DNA of 32,000 bases. It comes from Moraxella nasicaprae. GTDB lineage: Bacteria > Pseudomonadota > Gammaproteobacteria > Pseudomonadales > Moraxellaceae. The notes under the pieces were generated by a model. The model ran no database searches. It saw only the letters and a program-made list of their open reading frames with translations, and was not told the origin of the DNA. Each line of letters starts with the position of its first letter. Position 1 is the stretch's first letter. The stretch spans positions 1,470,001-1,502,000 of the forward strand of contig NZ_CP089977.1 in the NCBI RefSeq assembly GCF_025643275.1, read 5' to 3'. Positions 1 to 9,917 of this stretch are shown here, piece by piece. The position numbers were made by a program, and so were the translations under genes.

Positions 1-2289
1 GATGATTTACAGCAATCGATTGCCAGTATGCAGATTGATGAGACGCTTGATGAACAGATTGTGCGTTGCCAAGATGAGATTGATACTTTGACGCTCAGGC
101 TTGATGCTTTTGATGAGCAGACGCTCAAAGGCGAATTTGAGGCGATGAATCAGCAAGTGCAGACCGCCCAAAAGGGTGTCTTGGAGCAAGAAAAACGCCA
201 TGCTACTTTGATGGGCGAGTATGAAATTTTGCACAAACTGGTGCATCATCAAAAAGCTGAAACACATCAAGAAGACCAAGCTGGTATGCAGTCTTTGCCA
301 TCATTAAAAGATGAAATTCGCCTAAGCAAGCAAGGCGAGCAGTATGCATCGGTGCTGGACACTTTTTTGGGGTTTTGGCTTGATGCCAAAATTTCCGCCC
401 AGATGATGACGGAGGGCATTTGGACATCGCCTAAGCAAATCAATGCAGTTTTGCATACAGGTAATGCCACGCCACGACTGCATGATGATAGGCTGATTGC
501 TTTAAGTCAGTTGATTGATGCACCTAAGCTGACTTTGTTTGCTCAATGTTATTTATTCGATGGCGAGCTGACAGAATTTGAGACGATGGCAGGGCAACTG
601 GATTTGGCTGGTGTGCTTGTTTTGACCAGCACAGGCTGGCTGGTTGGGGTATTTGGCATGGTGCACATGAGTAAATTTGGCGAGCATCAGGGCGAATTTT
701 TGAGCCAAAGACAGCTGTATTTACAGCGTTTGGCACAGCTAGAAGAGGAGCTTGGTCGGGTTGAAGATGAGTTACAGATTGCCCAAAAGTCTTTAAAATC
801 AGACAATGCCAAATTAGATACCCTAAAAATTTCATTAGAAGAAATGCTGGCAAATCGTCAAAGCACGACTGCACAGCTCAACCAAGCACAACAAACACTG
901 ATTAAGCTTCATGCCGACCAGCAAACCCAAAAAATCAAACAAGATAACTTGCAAAAAAGCCAGCAGTTATTGGAGCAGGAGCGACAAGAGCTACAACAGG
1001 AGCTGGCACAACTGGAACAAGATGAGCAAGCTGGCATGAAGAAACTGGCAGAGTTTGAGCCACGCTTGGTGCTGGCAACGCAGGCGATGGCAACGCAGAC
1101 TGCCTTGATTGATGAGCAAAACGCCAAACTAAAAACCTGCCAAGAGGAATATCAAGCCTTACAGCTACAACATCATACGCTCACGCAAAGTCAGACACAC
1201 GCTCAAAAAGTCTTGCAAATGACCCAACATACGCTGACACAGACACTCTTGGATATTGAAAATACGCACCATGCCCAAGAGCGGCTTAGCCAAGAATTAC
1301 CTGTGCTTGAACAGCAATTTACCCAAGCCAAGCAGCACAGTCATGAGCTAAAAATCATCAGCCAAGAACATGAAGAGGCGGTCAAGGTGCTGCAATTAGG
1401 GCAGGCTAAGCTACAAGAGGCTTTGACCACTGCACATGGGCTATTTATGACTGCTCAAACTCAAAGCACTCAGCTGACAGCAGATACAGCGGTGGGCGAG
1501 AGTCGCTTACAAGACATTGGCGATGAGTTGATGCGACTTGATGAGAAGTTTAATCTACCAGCGACTTTGGCGGATTTTCGTCATCAGCCCAATCGCCATT
1601 TTGAGGATAATACAGCACAGCAAGAAGCCATTAAGCAAAAAATCATCAAATTAGGTGCAGTGAATCTGGCAGCTGCTGCTGAACTTGCCGAGCTGGAATC
1701 CAGAGTATCTCCAATGGATACCCAGATTGCCGACATCACACAAAGCATGGCCAAGCTGCAAGATGCGATTAAGGCGATTGATGAAAAAACCAAATCGTTA
1801 TTTTTAAATGCTTTATCCGCCGTCAATCGTGAGTTAAATACTTTGTTCTCCAAAGTGTTTGGCGGTGGGCAGGCGAGCCTGACTTTGATGGACGATGAGT
1901 CATTGAGCAAGGCGGATAAATGGCGAGCAGGATTGGTGTTGATGGCACAACCAAAAGGGAAGAAAAATTCTCGCTTGGCGGTATTGTCAGGTGGTGAGAA
2001 AACCTTGACGGCACTGAGTTTGATTTTTGCGATTTTCAAGCAACACCCAGCTCCTTTTTGCGTGCTTGATGAGGTCGATGCACCGCTTGATGATGCCAAT
2101 GTGGCTCGCTTTACAGGATTGATTCACGAGCTTGCCAGTGATGTACAGTTTATTTTTATTAGTCATAATAAACTGGCCATGCAGATTGCCGATGAGCTCA
2201 AAGGCATCACGATGCCAACGGCAGGCATTTCTAGCTTGGTGACGGTCAATTTAGAAGAAGCACAGCAGTACCTAGATACTGGCGTTTGA
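1..2289 (+). CDS. smc: Chromosome partition protein Smc, C-terminal part (5' end lies upstream of the window; frame is open from nt 1)
   Basis: Very long Q/E/L/A-rich coiled-coil ORF with a hinge-like middle segment. The C-terminal ABC head has signature LSGGEKTLTALSLIFAIF followed by Walker B/D-loop FCVLDEVDAPLDDANV. No in-frame stop precedes the M at nt 28. Confidence 0.9.
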   Translation, partial: DDLQQSIASMQIDETLDEQIVRCQDEIDTLTLRLDAFDEQTLKGEFEAMNQQVQTAQKGVLEQEKRHATLMGEYEILHKLVHHQKAETHQEDQAGMQSLPSLKDEIRLSKQGEQYASVLDTFLGFWLDAKISAQMMTEGIWTSPKQINAVLHTGNATPRLHDDRLIALSQLIDAPKLTLFAQCYLFDGELTEFETMAGQLDLAGVLVLTSTGWLVGVFGMVHMSKFGEHQGEFLSQRQLYLQRLAQLEEELGRVEDELQIAQKSLKSDNAKLDTLKISLEEMLANRQSTTAQLNQAQQTLIKLHADQQTQKIKQDNLQKSQQLLEQERQELQQELAQLEQDEQAGMKKLAEFEPRLVLATQAMATQTALIDEQNAKLKTCQEEYQALQLQHHTLTQSQTHAQKVLQMTQHTLTQTLLDIENTHHAQERLSQELPVLEQQFTQAKQHSHELKIISQEHEEAVKVLQLGQAKLQEALTTAHGLFMTAQTQSTQLTADTAVGESRLQDIGDELMRLDEKFNLPATLADFRHQPNRHFEDNTAQQEAIKQKIIKLGAVNLAAAAELAELESRVSPMDTQIADITQSMAKLQDAIKAIDEKTKSLFLNALSAVNRELNTLFSKVFGGGQASLTLMDDESLSKADKWRAGLVLMAQPKGKKNSRLAVLSGGEKTLTALSLIFAIFKQHPAPFCVLDEVDAPLDDANVARFTGLIHELASDVQFIFISHNKLAMQIADELKGITMPTAGISSLVTVNLEEAQQYLDTGV

Positions 2290-2342
2290 TGCTTGCCAAC
2301 CTTGAAAAAATTTAGATAAGGCTTGGTTTGCTAGGGATTATC

Positions 2343-2351
2343 TGTTATAAT
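2343..2351 (+). promoter_or_regulatory. Candidate extended -10 promoter (TGTTATAAT) for rpsB-tsf
   Basis: Exact TGnTATAAT match about 180 nt upstream of the rpsB ATG, with no good -35. The same 9-mer recurs upstream of yfeX and rpoZ. It conflicts with reading the adjacent hairpin as the smc terminator. Confidence 0.4.
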
Positions 2352-2383
2352 AATGCGTCCATTTTTTATGGGCGTATTTTTTA
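2352..2383 (+). terminator. Hairpin plus T6 run downstream of smc (candidate intrinsic terminator, or a 5'-terminal leader hairpin of rpsB)
   Basis: GCGTCCA (2355-2361) pairs with TGGGCGT (2369-2375) using two G-U pairs, flanked by A/T extensions and followed by TTTTTT (2377-2382). Confidence 0.35.
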
Positions 2384-2529
2384 ACTTTAACACTACACAC
2401 ACGAGATGACCAAGAATATCGGGGTGTCTGTGAGCTTGACTAATTTATTTGTTAAAAATAGATGCGTGCTGACAGATTCGGTATTTTGATTTCGTGGAGG
2501 CGTAACCCAACTTAATATTAGGAATTTTT

Positions 2530-3273
2530 ATGTCAGATAAAAACCCAACTCAAATCTCAATGCGTGATTTGCTAGAAGCTGGTGCTCACTTTGGTCACCA
2601 AACTCGTTTTTGGAACCCAAAAATGAGCCAATACATCTTTGGTGCAAGAAACCGCATTCACATCATCAACTTAGAGCACACTGTTAAGCAGTTCAATGAA
2701 GCACTAACTTTCGTGAATAAGCAAGCTGCTTCACGCAACAAGATTTTGTTTGTTGGTACTAAGCGTGCTGCAAGTGCAGTTATCCGTGAGCAAGCGACTC
2801 GTGCTGGCATGCCATATGTAGATCATCGCTGGTTGGGCGGTATGCTTACCAACTGGAAAACACTACGCCAGTCTATCAACCGTCTAAAAGAGCTTGAAAA
2901 ACAAGCAGAAGATGGTACTTTTGCTAAGCTAACTAAGCGTGAAGCCTTAGAGCGTACTCGCCAAATGGAAAAGTTAGAGCGTGCTTTGGGTGGTATCAAA
3001 GATATGGGCGGTCTGCCTGATGCGATTTTTGTTGTCGATGTTGATCACGAAGCCATCGCCATCAAAGAAGCGAAAAACTTGGGCATTCCTGTCATCGGTA
3101 TCGTAGATACTAACTCAAACCCAGACAATGTGGACTATGTCATCGCAGCTAATGACGATGCAATCCGTGCTGTTAATCTATATGTAACTGCAATGGCTGA
3201 TGCCATCATCGCTGGTAAAGAGTACGCCAAAACTCAACAAGGCGGTGCTGCTGAGCAAGCTGCTGCTGAATAA
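2530..3273 (+). CDS. rpsB: 30S ribosomal protein S2
   Basis: 247-aa ORF with a typical S2 N-terminus ([22 protein letters not shown]) and conserved [29 protein letters not shown] lies upstream of the ATG and tsf follows. Confidence 0.97.
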   Translation: MSDKNPTQISMRDLLEAGAHFGHQTRFWNPKMSQYIFGARNRIHIINLEHTVKQFNEALTFVNKQAASRNKILFVGTKRAASAVIREQATRAGMPYVDHRWLGGMLTNWKTLRQSINRLKELEKQAEDGTFAKLTKREALERTRQMEKLERALGGIKDMGGLPDAIFVVDVDHEAIAIKEAKNLGIPVIGIVDTNSNPDNVDYVIAANDDAIRAVNLYVTAMADAIIAGKEYAKTQQGGAAEQAAAE

Positions 3274-3348
3274 GCATCTAAAATGACGATAACGCCGACA
3301 CGCTTGGCGTTATCAGCGTTTAAATAGAACTAAAAAAGGTACGAAAAA

Positions 3349-4227
3349 ATGACTCAAGTTTCTGCAAAGCTTGTAAAAGAATTGCGTGACCGTACAGGTC
3401 TGGGCATGATGGAATGCAAAAAAGCAATGGAAGAAGCAGGTGGCGACATCGAGCTTGCCATTGACAACCTACGCAAATCAGGTCAAGCCAAAGCTGCTAA
3501 GAAAGCAGGTAACATCGCTGCTGACGGTGCTATCGTCATCGCACAAACTGCTGGTAAAGCATTGCTACTAGAAGTAAACTGCCAAACCGACTTCGTTGCA
3601 AAAGACGAAAACTTCACCGTATTTGCTAACAAAGTTGCTGAGCTTGCTTTGGCAAATAACACCACTGATGTGGCTGCCATTTCTGCATTGCCATATGGCG
3701 ATGGTGCTTCTGTTGAAGAAGCTCGTGTGGCATTGGTTCAAAAAATTGGCGAAAATATCCAAGTTCGCCGTGCTGAAATCATCGAAGGTGCTAACCTTGC
3801 TGCATACCGTCACGGTCTGCGTATTGGTGTGGTTGTGTCTTATGAAGGCGGTAGCGAAGAAGTTGGTAAAGCTGTTGCCATGCAAGTGGCTGCATTCAAC
3901 CCGCTTGCTGTCAATGAAGCTGATGTACCTGCTGACATCTTGGCTCGTGAGACTGACATCATCACCGCTAAGGCCAAAGAATCTGGCAAGCCAGACGCTG
4001 TGGTTGAGAAGATGATTACTGGCGGTATCCAAAAATACCTAAATGAAGTAACTTTGGTTAATCAACCTTATGTGATGGACAACGACAAGAAAGTTGGCGA
4101 TGTACTAAAATCAGAAGGTGCAACCATCATCAGCTTCAAACGCCTAGAAGTTGGCGAAGGCATTGAGAAAAAGCAAGAAGACTTCGCTGCCGAAGTTGCT
4201 GCTGCCCAAGCTGCTGCAAAAGCTTAA
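3349..4227 (+). CDS. tsf: Elongation factor Ts
   Basis: 292-aa ORF. The N-terminal UBA-like segment [40 protein letters not shown] is diagnostic of EF-Ts. Canonical rpsB-tsf pairing. Confidence 0.97.
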   Translation: MTQVSAKLVKELRDRTGLGMMECKKAMEEAGGDIELAIDNLRKSGQAKAAKKAGNIAADGAIVIAQTAGKALLLEVNCQTDFVAKDENFTVFANKVAELALANNTTDVAAISALPYGDGASVEEARVALVQKIGENIQVRRAEIIEGANLAAYRHGLRIGVVVSYEGGSEEVGKAVAMQVAAFNPLAVNEADVPADILARETDIITAKAKESGKPDAVVEKMITGGIQKYLNEVTLVNQPYVMDNDKKVGDVLKSEGATIISFKRLEVGEGIEKKQEDFAAEVAAAQAAAKA

Positions 4228-4243
4228 TATTAAGCGATTTGCC

Positions 4244-4276
4244 AAAAACCCAGTTCGTGATGAGCTGGGTTTTTTG
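4244..4276 (+). terminator. Rho-independent terminator of rpsB-tsf
   Basis: CCCAGTTC (4249-4256) pairs with GAGCTGGG (4262-4269), 8 bp with one G-U. Followed by T6 (4270-4275) and preceded by an A run. Confidence 0.75.
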
Positions 4277-4365
4277 TGTCAAAAATGTTTTTGGTATTTG
4301 TAAAACTTTGGGTAAAAGAGTACAATAATCAGAATTTGACCCAGATTGATTGGTAAGGAAGGTAG

Positions 4366-5022
4366 ATGATGCAAGTATTTAGCCCACAGCAGTTTATTGA
4401 AGTTGCTTTACAAAATAATGTACTTCGTTTTGGTGAGTTTACCCTCAAATCAGGTCGGGTTAGCCCCTATTTTTTTAATGCTGGGTTGCTTGCAACAGGA
4501 GAGCTGTTGTCCGTGCTTGCTGATGGCTATGCCAAAACGCTGGCAGAGCATGCCAATACTGATGAGCTGACTATCTTTGGTGCTGCCTATAAAGGCATTC
4601 CTTTTGTGGCGGCGACTGCACAGGCATTGTGGAATCATCATCAGCTCAATGCTCAATGGGGCTATAATCGCAAAGAAGCCAAAACGCATGGCGAGGGCGG
4701 TACACTGGTTGGTGCAGAACTTGCAGGCAAGGCAGTATGGGTCATTGATGATGTGATGACCGCAGGCACAGCAATGCGAGAAGTGGTCGAAATTCTACAA
4801 AATGCAGGGGCAAGTGTGGCAGGCATCATTGTGGCACTTGACCGCAAAGAAAAAGGGCAGGGCGATAAGTCTGCCATTCAAGAGCTTGGCGAATCGCTTG
4901 GCGTGCCTGTGCTTGCCTTGGTGACGATGGACGACATCATCGACTATGTCGCAACGCATGGCACGGCAGAACAACTTGCCCAGATGAGGGCATATCGTGA
5001 ACAATACGGCGTTCATGAATGA
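4366..5022 (+). CDS. pyrE: Orotate phosphoribosyltransferase
   Basis: N-terminus FGEFTLKSGRVSPYFFNAGL and PRPP-binding motif VWVIDDVMTAGTA match PyrE. Strong SD AAGGAAGG (4355-4362). The start could be the second ATG at 4369. Confidence 0.93.
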   Translation: MMQVFSPQQFIEVALQNNVLRFGEFTLKSGRVSPYFFNAGLLATGELLSVLADGYAKTLAEHANTDELTIFGAAYKGIPFVAATAQALWNHHQLNAQWGYNRKEAKTHGEGGTLVGAELAGKAVWVIDDVMTAGTAMREVVEILQNAGASVAGIIVALDRKEKGQGDKSAIQELGESLGVPVLALVTMDDIIDYVATHGTAEQLAQMRAYREQYGVHE

Positions 5023-5068
5023 TGCTGTACTGATTATTTGAATAAAACTTAATTTTTTGGTTATTGTG

Positions 5069-6019
5069 ATGAAACAACTTAAATTCTTAGTCGTGATGGA
5101 CGATGTCGCAACCATCAATTACAAAAAAGACTCAACATTGGCGATGATGTGGGCGATGGCGGACAAAAATCATCAGATTTATTATTGCCAAATCCATGAT
5201 TTGTGGCTTGACCGTGGTAAGCTAAATATCGATGCTTGCCCAATCAGCGTATATCGCAATCCTGAGCATTTTTATGAGCTTGGCGAGAGTAGCACGATGC
5301 AGGCGAGTGAGTTTGATGCCATTTTGATGCGTAAAGACCCGCCTTTTGATATGAAGTTTTTGTACGCATTGCATTTGCTCGATTATGCCAAGCGTGCAGG
5401 CGTGTTGGTGGTCAATGACCCACAAAGCGTCAAGGATTGCAATGAAAAATTGTTTGCCACTCAGTTTAGTGAATTTATGTCGCCCACGATTGTGACCAAC
5501 AAACAGTCGCACATTCGTCAATTCATCAAAGAGCATGGCGATGTCATCGTCAAGCCGCTTGATGGCATGGGTGGCATGGGTATTTTTCGTTTGACCGCTG
5601 ACAGCCCCAATATTGGCTCAACCCTTGAAATGCTGACCCAGCTTGGTACTTTGCCAATCATGGCTCAAAAATACATTCCTCAGATTGTTGATGGTGATAA
5701 GCGAGTCTTAATCGTGGGCGGCAAGCCTGTTGATTATTGCTTGGCTCGCATTCCAAGTCAAGGCGAAACTCGTGGCAATCTGGCGGCTGGTGGGCGTGGT
5801 GTGGCGATGCCTTTGTCTGACAGAGAAAGAGAGCTTGCCCAGAGTATTGCTCCAACTTTATTGGAAAAGGGATTGTATTTTGTAGGGCTTGATGTGATTG
5901 GTGGCTTGATTACTGAAATCAATGTGACTAGCCCAACTTGTGTGCGAGAGATTGATGACCAATGTGGCACACAAATTGCGGTTGATTTTATTGAGCTTTT
6001 GGAGCAAAAATTGGCATAG
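5069..6019 (+). CDS. gshB: Glutathione synthetase (ATP-grasp)
   Basis: Collinear with E. coli GshB: INYKKDST, LMRKDPPFD, CNEKLF, KPLDGMGG, GDKRVL, GETRGNLAAGG, TEINVTSPTC. The ORF track opens at TTG 5057. ATG 5069 (MKQLKFLVVMD) aligns with the GshB N-terminus. Confidence 0.92.
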   Translation: MKQLKFLVVMDDVATINYKKDSTLAMMWAMADKNHQIYYCQIHDLWLDRGKLNIDACPISVYRNPEHFYELGESSTMQASEFDAILMRKDPPFDMKFLYALHLLDYAKRAGVLVVNDPQSVKDCNEKLFATQFSEFMSPTIVTNKQSHIRQFIKEHGDVIVKPLDGMGGMGIFRLTADSPNIGSTLEMLTQLGTLPIMAQKYIPQIVDGDKRVLIVGGKPVDYCLARIPSQGETRGNLAAGGRGVAMPLSDRERELAQSIAPTLLEKGLYFVGLDVIGGLITEINVTSPTCVREIDDQCGTQIAVDFIELLEQKLA

Positions 6020-6154
6020 CCATCATCTAAGATGAGTGGTGCAAAAAATGCGTAACGCAATTTGACAAATTGTAGCCAATTTAATGCAAAACTCATCTTG
6101 TATGATACAAAAAAGCCAATCACAATAGGCGGTTTTAGCAAGACGGATTGTAAG

Positions 6155-7246
6155 ATGACGATGAATGTTTTGATGATGGCGGCAGGGACAGGCGGTCATG
6201 TTTTTCCAGCGTTGGCAGTAGCAGATGAGCTTGCCAGTCGTGGAGCAAAAATCCACTGGCTTGGTACGCCAGCAGGCATGGAAAATGAACTGGTGGCAAA
6301 GCATGGCTATCAGATGCACCATATTGATATGCAGGGGTTGCGTGGCAAGGGCTTGGCTCGAATGGTGAAGTTGCCATTCATGCTGTTTAAGGCAGTGATG
6401 TCAGCCAGAAAAATCATACAGACTCATCAGATTGATGTGGTGGTTGGTTTTGGCGGTTATGTTACCGCACCGGGTGGACTGGCTGCCAAATTGTGCAAAG
6501 TTCCGCTGATTATCCATGAGCAAAACGCCATCGCTGGCATGAGTAATCGTAATCTGGCAACGCACGCTGACCGAGTGTTGCAGGCGTTTGATGGGGCGTT
6601 TGGTGCTAATTTGGGCAATAAGTTATTGACGGTTGGCAATCCAGTTCGTCAGCAGATTGCCCAAATCGCCATGCCTAGCGAGCGATATTTGCAAGATGAA
6701 TCGCCTTTAAAGGTGCTAGTTGTGGGCGGTTCGCTGGGTGCAATGCCAATCAATAAGGCGGTGCTGGATATGCTTAATCATCTACAACGCCCCATCAACT
6801 TGCAGCATCAATGTGGCAAGGATAACCATGAAGAGATGCTGGTTGCTTATTCGCAGGCGGGCATTGACACCAACAAGCACATCACTCAACTAAAACCATT
6901 CATCGAAGACATGGCACAGGCGTATGCGTGGGCAGATGTGATTATTTGTCGTGCAGGTGCTTTGACAGTCACCGAAATTCAGACAGCTGGCGTGGCAGCG
7001 ATTTTTATTCCATTGCCGCACGCTGTGGACGATCATCAGACCGCTAATGCCAAATCTTTGACAGACAAAGATGCAGGCATCTTGTTGCCTCAAACCCAGC
7101 TTTCTGGCGAGAAATTGGCACAGATTTTGGATAATCTTGACCGCAAGCAATGCTTGGCGATGGCAAATATTGCTCGTGGTCTTGCCAAGACCAACGCAAC
7201 CAACGAAGTGGCGGATTTGGTTGGTCAAATTGCCAAGAAATTTTAA
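6155..7246 (+). CDS. murG: UDP-N-acetylglucosamine--N-acetylmuramyl-(pentapeptide) pyrophosphoryl-undecaprenol GlcNAc transferase
   Basis: MMAAGTGGHVFPALAVADEL N-terminal motif, C-terminal CRAGALTVTE and HQTANA motifs, and dcw context. The ORF track opens at 6062 with a non-ATG codon. ATG 6155 gives a normal MurG N-terminus. Confidence 0.93.
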   Translation: MTMNVLMMAAGTGGHVFPALAVADELASRGAKIHWLGTPAGMENELVAKHGYQMHHIDMQGLRGKGLARMVKLPFMLFKAVMSARKIIQTHQIDVVVGFGGYVTAPGGLAAKLCKVPLIIHEQNAIAGMSNRNLATHADRVLQAFDGAFGANLGNKLLTVGNPVRQQIAQIAMPSERYLQDESPLKVLVVGGSLGAMPINKAVLDMLNHLQRPINLQHQCGKDNHEEMLVAYSQAGIDTNKHITQLKPFIEDMAQAYAWADVIICRAGALTVTEIQTAGVAAIFIPLPHAVDDHQTANAKSLTDKDAGILLPQTQLSGEKLAQILDNLDRKQCLAMANIARGLAKTNATNEVADLVGQIAKKF

Positions 7247-7293
7247 TAAAATTTTAGTAAAATCATCAAATTTTTTTAATAAAAGGAATATCC

Positions 7294-8736
7294 ATGCCAA
7301 ACCAAACTGCCAAGAGCTTGCCTAAGCGTCTGATTGAAATCCCAGAGATGCGTCGTATCAATACCATTCATTTTGTTGGTATTGGTGGTGCTGGTATGTG
7401 TGGCATTGCCGAAGTGCTTGCCAATCAGGGCTATCAAGTTACTGGCTCGGATATCAAAAGCAGTATCGTTACAGATAGATTGACCAGCTTGGGCGTGCAG
7501 GTGTTCATTGGGCATGATGCCATTAACATCAAAGATGCCGATGTGGTCGTGGTGTCATCTGCCATCGATAAAACAAACCCAGAGGTGCAGGCAGCGTTGA
7601 TTGCCCATATTCCAGTGGTGCGTCGTGCTGATATGCTGGGTGAATTGATGCGTTATCGTCACAGTATTGCGGTGGCAGGTGCACATGGTAAAACCACCAC
7701 AACCAGTATGCTAACGATGATGCTGACTGAGGCAGGACTTGACCCTACTTATGTGATTGGCGGTAAGCTAAATGCGTCTGGTAAAAATGCCTCTTTGGGT
7801 CAATCTCGTTACTTGGTGGCAGAGGCTGATGAATCTGATGCGTCTTTTTTAAGTTTGCGTCCAATGGCAGCGATTGTTACCAATATCGATGAAGACCACA
7901 TGGATACCTATGAGGGCAGTTTTGAAAAGCTAAAACAAGCCTATATCCAATTTTTACAAAACATGCCGTTTTATGGGTTGGCAGCAATCTGTGGTGATGA
8001 TGAAGTGCTATATCAGATGATTGATGACATTGCTCGTCCTGTGCTGACTTTTGGTTTTAAGCCACATAATGATGTGCAAGCCATTGATTTGGTGGTTGAT
8101 GGCACCAAGACCCACTTTACCGTCTTGCGTAAAGACAGAGAGCCTTTGGCTTTGACGCTCAATGTTCCAGGCGAGCATAATGTGTATAATGCCTTAGCAG
8201 CCATTACTTTGGCGACTGATGAAGGGGTTGATGATGCGGCCATCATTCGTGCCTTAGAAAAATTTGCAGGCGTGGGTCGTCGTTTTGAGCAACACGCCAG
8301 TGTCGCATTGGGCGATGGCGATGTTCTGCTTATCGATGACTATGGGCATCACCCTACCGAAGTGGCAGCCACCATCAAGGCGGCACGCCAAAGTTACCCA
8401 GACCGTCGTCTGGTGATGATGTTCCAGCCTCATCGTTATAGTCGTACGCGTGATTGCTACGATGATTTTGTTGCGGTATTGTCTGATGTGGACGAACTGT
8501 TATTGTTAGAAGTGTATTCTGCTGGCGAAAGCCCGATTGAGGGTGCTGACAGTAAGGCATTGGCAAGAAGTATCCGTCATCGTGGGCAGGTTGAGCCGAC
8601 CTTGATGAAATTAGATGAAGTAGCAGATACGGTCAAGCGAGTATTAAGACCAAATGATTTGCTCATCACACAAGGGGCGGGTAATGTCGGTCAAATCTGT
8701 GTGGATTTGGCAAAAAATGGGCTGTATTTGAGCTAG
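7294..8736 (+). CDS. murC: UDP-N-acetylmuramate--L-alanine ligase
   Basis: [28 protein letters not shown] Rossmann N-terminus and Mur ligase P-loop [13 protein letters not shown]. 480 aa, lying between murG and ddl. Confidence 0.95.
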   Translation: MPNQTAKSLPKRLIEIPEMRRINTIHFVGIGGAGMCGIAEVLANQGYQVTGSDIKSSIVTDRLTSLGVQVFIGHDAINIKDADVVVVSSAIDKTNPEVQAALIAHIPVVRRADMLGELMRYRHSIAVAGAHGKTTTTSMLTMMLTEAGLDPTYVIGGKLNASGKNASLGQSRYLVAEADESDASFLSLRPMAAIVTNIDEDHMDTYEGSFEKLKQAYIQFLQNMPFYGLAAICGDDEVLYQMIDDIARPVLTFGFKPHNDVQAIDLVVDGTKTHFTVLRKDREPLALTLNVPGEHNVYNALAAITLATDEGVDDAAIIRALEKFAGVGRRFEQHASVALGDGDVLLIDDYGHHPTEVAATIKAARQSYPDRRLVMMFQPHRYSRTRDCYDDFVAVLSDVDELLLLEVYSAGESPIEGADSKALARSIRHRGQVEPTLMKLDEVADTVKRVLRPNDLLITQGAGNVGQICVDLAKNGLYLS

Positions 8737-8867
8737 ATGGATTTGCTTTCATGGGCGTGCTTTGTCAATCTTTTGATGAAACAAGGTACGCTGATGGGCA
8801 ATCTATCGCTATATTTTTTTAAATATATAACAATATTATTTTAATTTATTTTTAAATGGTAGAATGT

Positions 8868-9785
8868 ATGAATACCCAAGTAGATGTGAAACAATTTGGC
8901 AAAGTTGCTGTGGTTTGTGGCGGATTTAGTGCCGAGCGAGAAGTGTCATTAAATAGCGGTAAGGCGGTGCTGGACGCTCTATTATCAAAAGGCGTGGACG
9001 CTCATCATTTTGACCCTGCCGATACCGACATTTCAAAGTTGCGTGAGTTTGACCGTGTGTTTAATGTCTTGCATGGCACTTTTGGTGAAGATGGTAGTTT
9101 GCAAGGCGTGCTAGATGGTTTTAATATTCCTTATACTGGCTGTGGCGTGTTGGCTTCTGCCATTGCCATGGATAAATTTCGTTGCCGTCTCATCTGGCAA
9201 TCACTTGATTTGCCAAATGTACCGTATGTGGTATTGACCGATGACAGCGATTTTGATGCCATCGAAGAGCAATTTGGACTGCCAATGTTCGTCAAGCCTG
9301 CTGCCGAAGGGTCAAGCGTGGGCGTGATGATGATTGAAGAAAAGGGCGGTCTGGCAAAAGCATACCCCACCTTAAAGCAATATCACGGTGCAATTTTGGC
9401 AGAAAAAGCCATCACAGGTGGCGAATATGCGTGTGCAATCTTGGGCGATGATGCCTTGCCAAGCATTCGCATTATCCCTCAGGGTAAATTTTACGACTAT
9501 GAAGCCAAATACAATAGTAACGATACCGTATATCAATGTCCCTCAGATTTGACAGCTGAGCAAGAGCGTCAAATGGGCGAGCTTGCCAAAAAAGCTTTTG
9601 AGGCAGTTGGTGGTCGTGGTTGGGGTCGTGTTGATTTTCTAAAAGATGATTCAGGCAAATTGTATGTACTGGAACTCAATACCGTGCCTGGTATGACAGA
9701 CCACAGTCTTGTGCCGATGGCTGCCAAAGCTCGTGGTTTGGATCTTGCCAGCTTGTGTGTGGCGGTATTGTCACAAACATTATGA
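8868..9785 (+). CDS. ddlB: D-alanine--D-alanine ligase
   Basis: Collinear with E. coli DdlB: GGFSAEREVSLNSG, HGTFGEDGSLQG, PYTGCGVLASA, LPSIRI, FYDYEAKY, LELNTVPGMTDHSLVPMAA. An alternative in-frame ATG lies at 8856. Confidence 0.93.
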   Translation: MNTQVDVKQFGKVAVVCGGFSAEREVSLNSGKAVLDALLSKGVDAHHFDPADTDISKLREFDRVFNVLHGTFGEDGSLQGVLDGFNIPYTGCGVLASAIAMDKFRCRLIWQSLDLPNVPYVVLTDDSDFDAIEEQFGLPMFVKPAAEGSSVGVMMIEEKGGLAKAYPTLKQYHGAILAEKAITGGEYACAILGDDALPSIRIIPQGKFYDYEAKYNSNDTVYQCPSDLTAEQERQMGELAKKAFEAVGGRGWGRVDFLKDDSGKLYVLELNTVPGMTDHSLVPMAAKARGLDLASLCVAVLSQTL

Positions 9786-9795
9786 TGAACTAAGG

Positions 9796-9843
9796 ATTTG
9801 TCCAAAGTTTGTTGATGACTTTGGACAAATTGATGTTTTTTTT
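9796..9843 (+). terminator. Perfect 13-bp stem-loop plus T8 between ddlB and ftsQ (terminator or attenuator candidate)
   Basis: ATTTGTCCAAAGT (9796-9808) is exactly complementary to ACTTTGGACAAAT (9818-9830), with a 9-nt loop. T8 (9836-9843) starts 5 nt after the stem. Confidence 0.5.
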
Positions 9844-9847
9844 GATT

Positions 9848-9876
9848 TTTACTTATTGCCAAAAATCAGCTAATAT
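9848..9876 (+). promoter_or_regulatory. Candidate sigma70 promoter for ftsQ
   Basis: TTTACT (9848-9853), a 17-nt spacer, then TAATAT (9871-9876), about 40 nt upstream of the ftsQ ATG. Confidence 0.3.
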
Positions 9877-9917
9877 ATGGCGGTTTGATTTTTTGATGGC
9901 AATTTGCCAATTTTGGA

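Noticed and set aside
1584-2099. A 171-aa ORF antisense to smc, and other antisense or alternate-frame ORFs inside smc (7-279, 203-427, 524-874, 909-1127)
   Set aside because: They are low-complexity Ser/Ala/Cys-rich translations, the mirror image of coiled-coil codons, and lie entirely inside a confidently identified gene.
3568-4032. A 154-aa antisense ORF and a 139-aa alternate-frame ORF (3596-4015) within tsf
   Set aside because: They are embedded in highly conserved EF-Ts coding sequence, have no start signals and show no family resemblance. These are typical shadow ORFs.
6062-6154. A 31-codon N-terminal extension of murG; similarly trmB 17702-17788, yfeX 22676-22699 and gshB 5057-5068
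   Set aside because: The extensions begin at weak or non-ATG codons, do not align with orthologue N-termini, and overlap probable promoter regions. Internal ATGs give canonical N-termini.
8851-8866. The extended -10-like TGGTAGAAT immediately before the ddlB start
   Set aside because: It ends only 2 nt before ATG 8868, so a transcript started from it would begin downstream of the start codon. It is probably a chance match in an AT-rich spacer.
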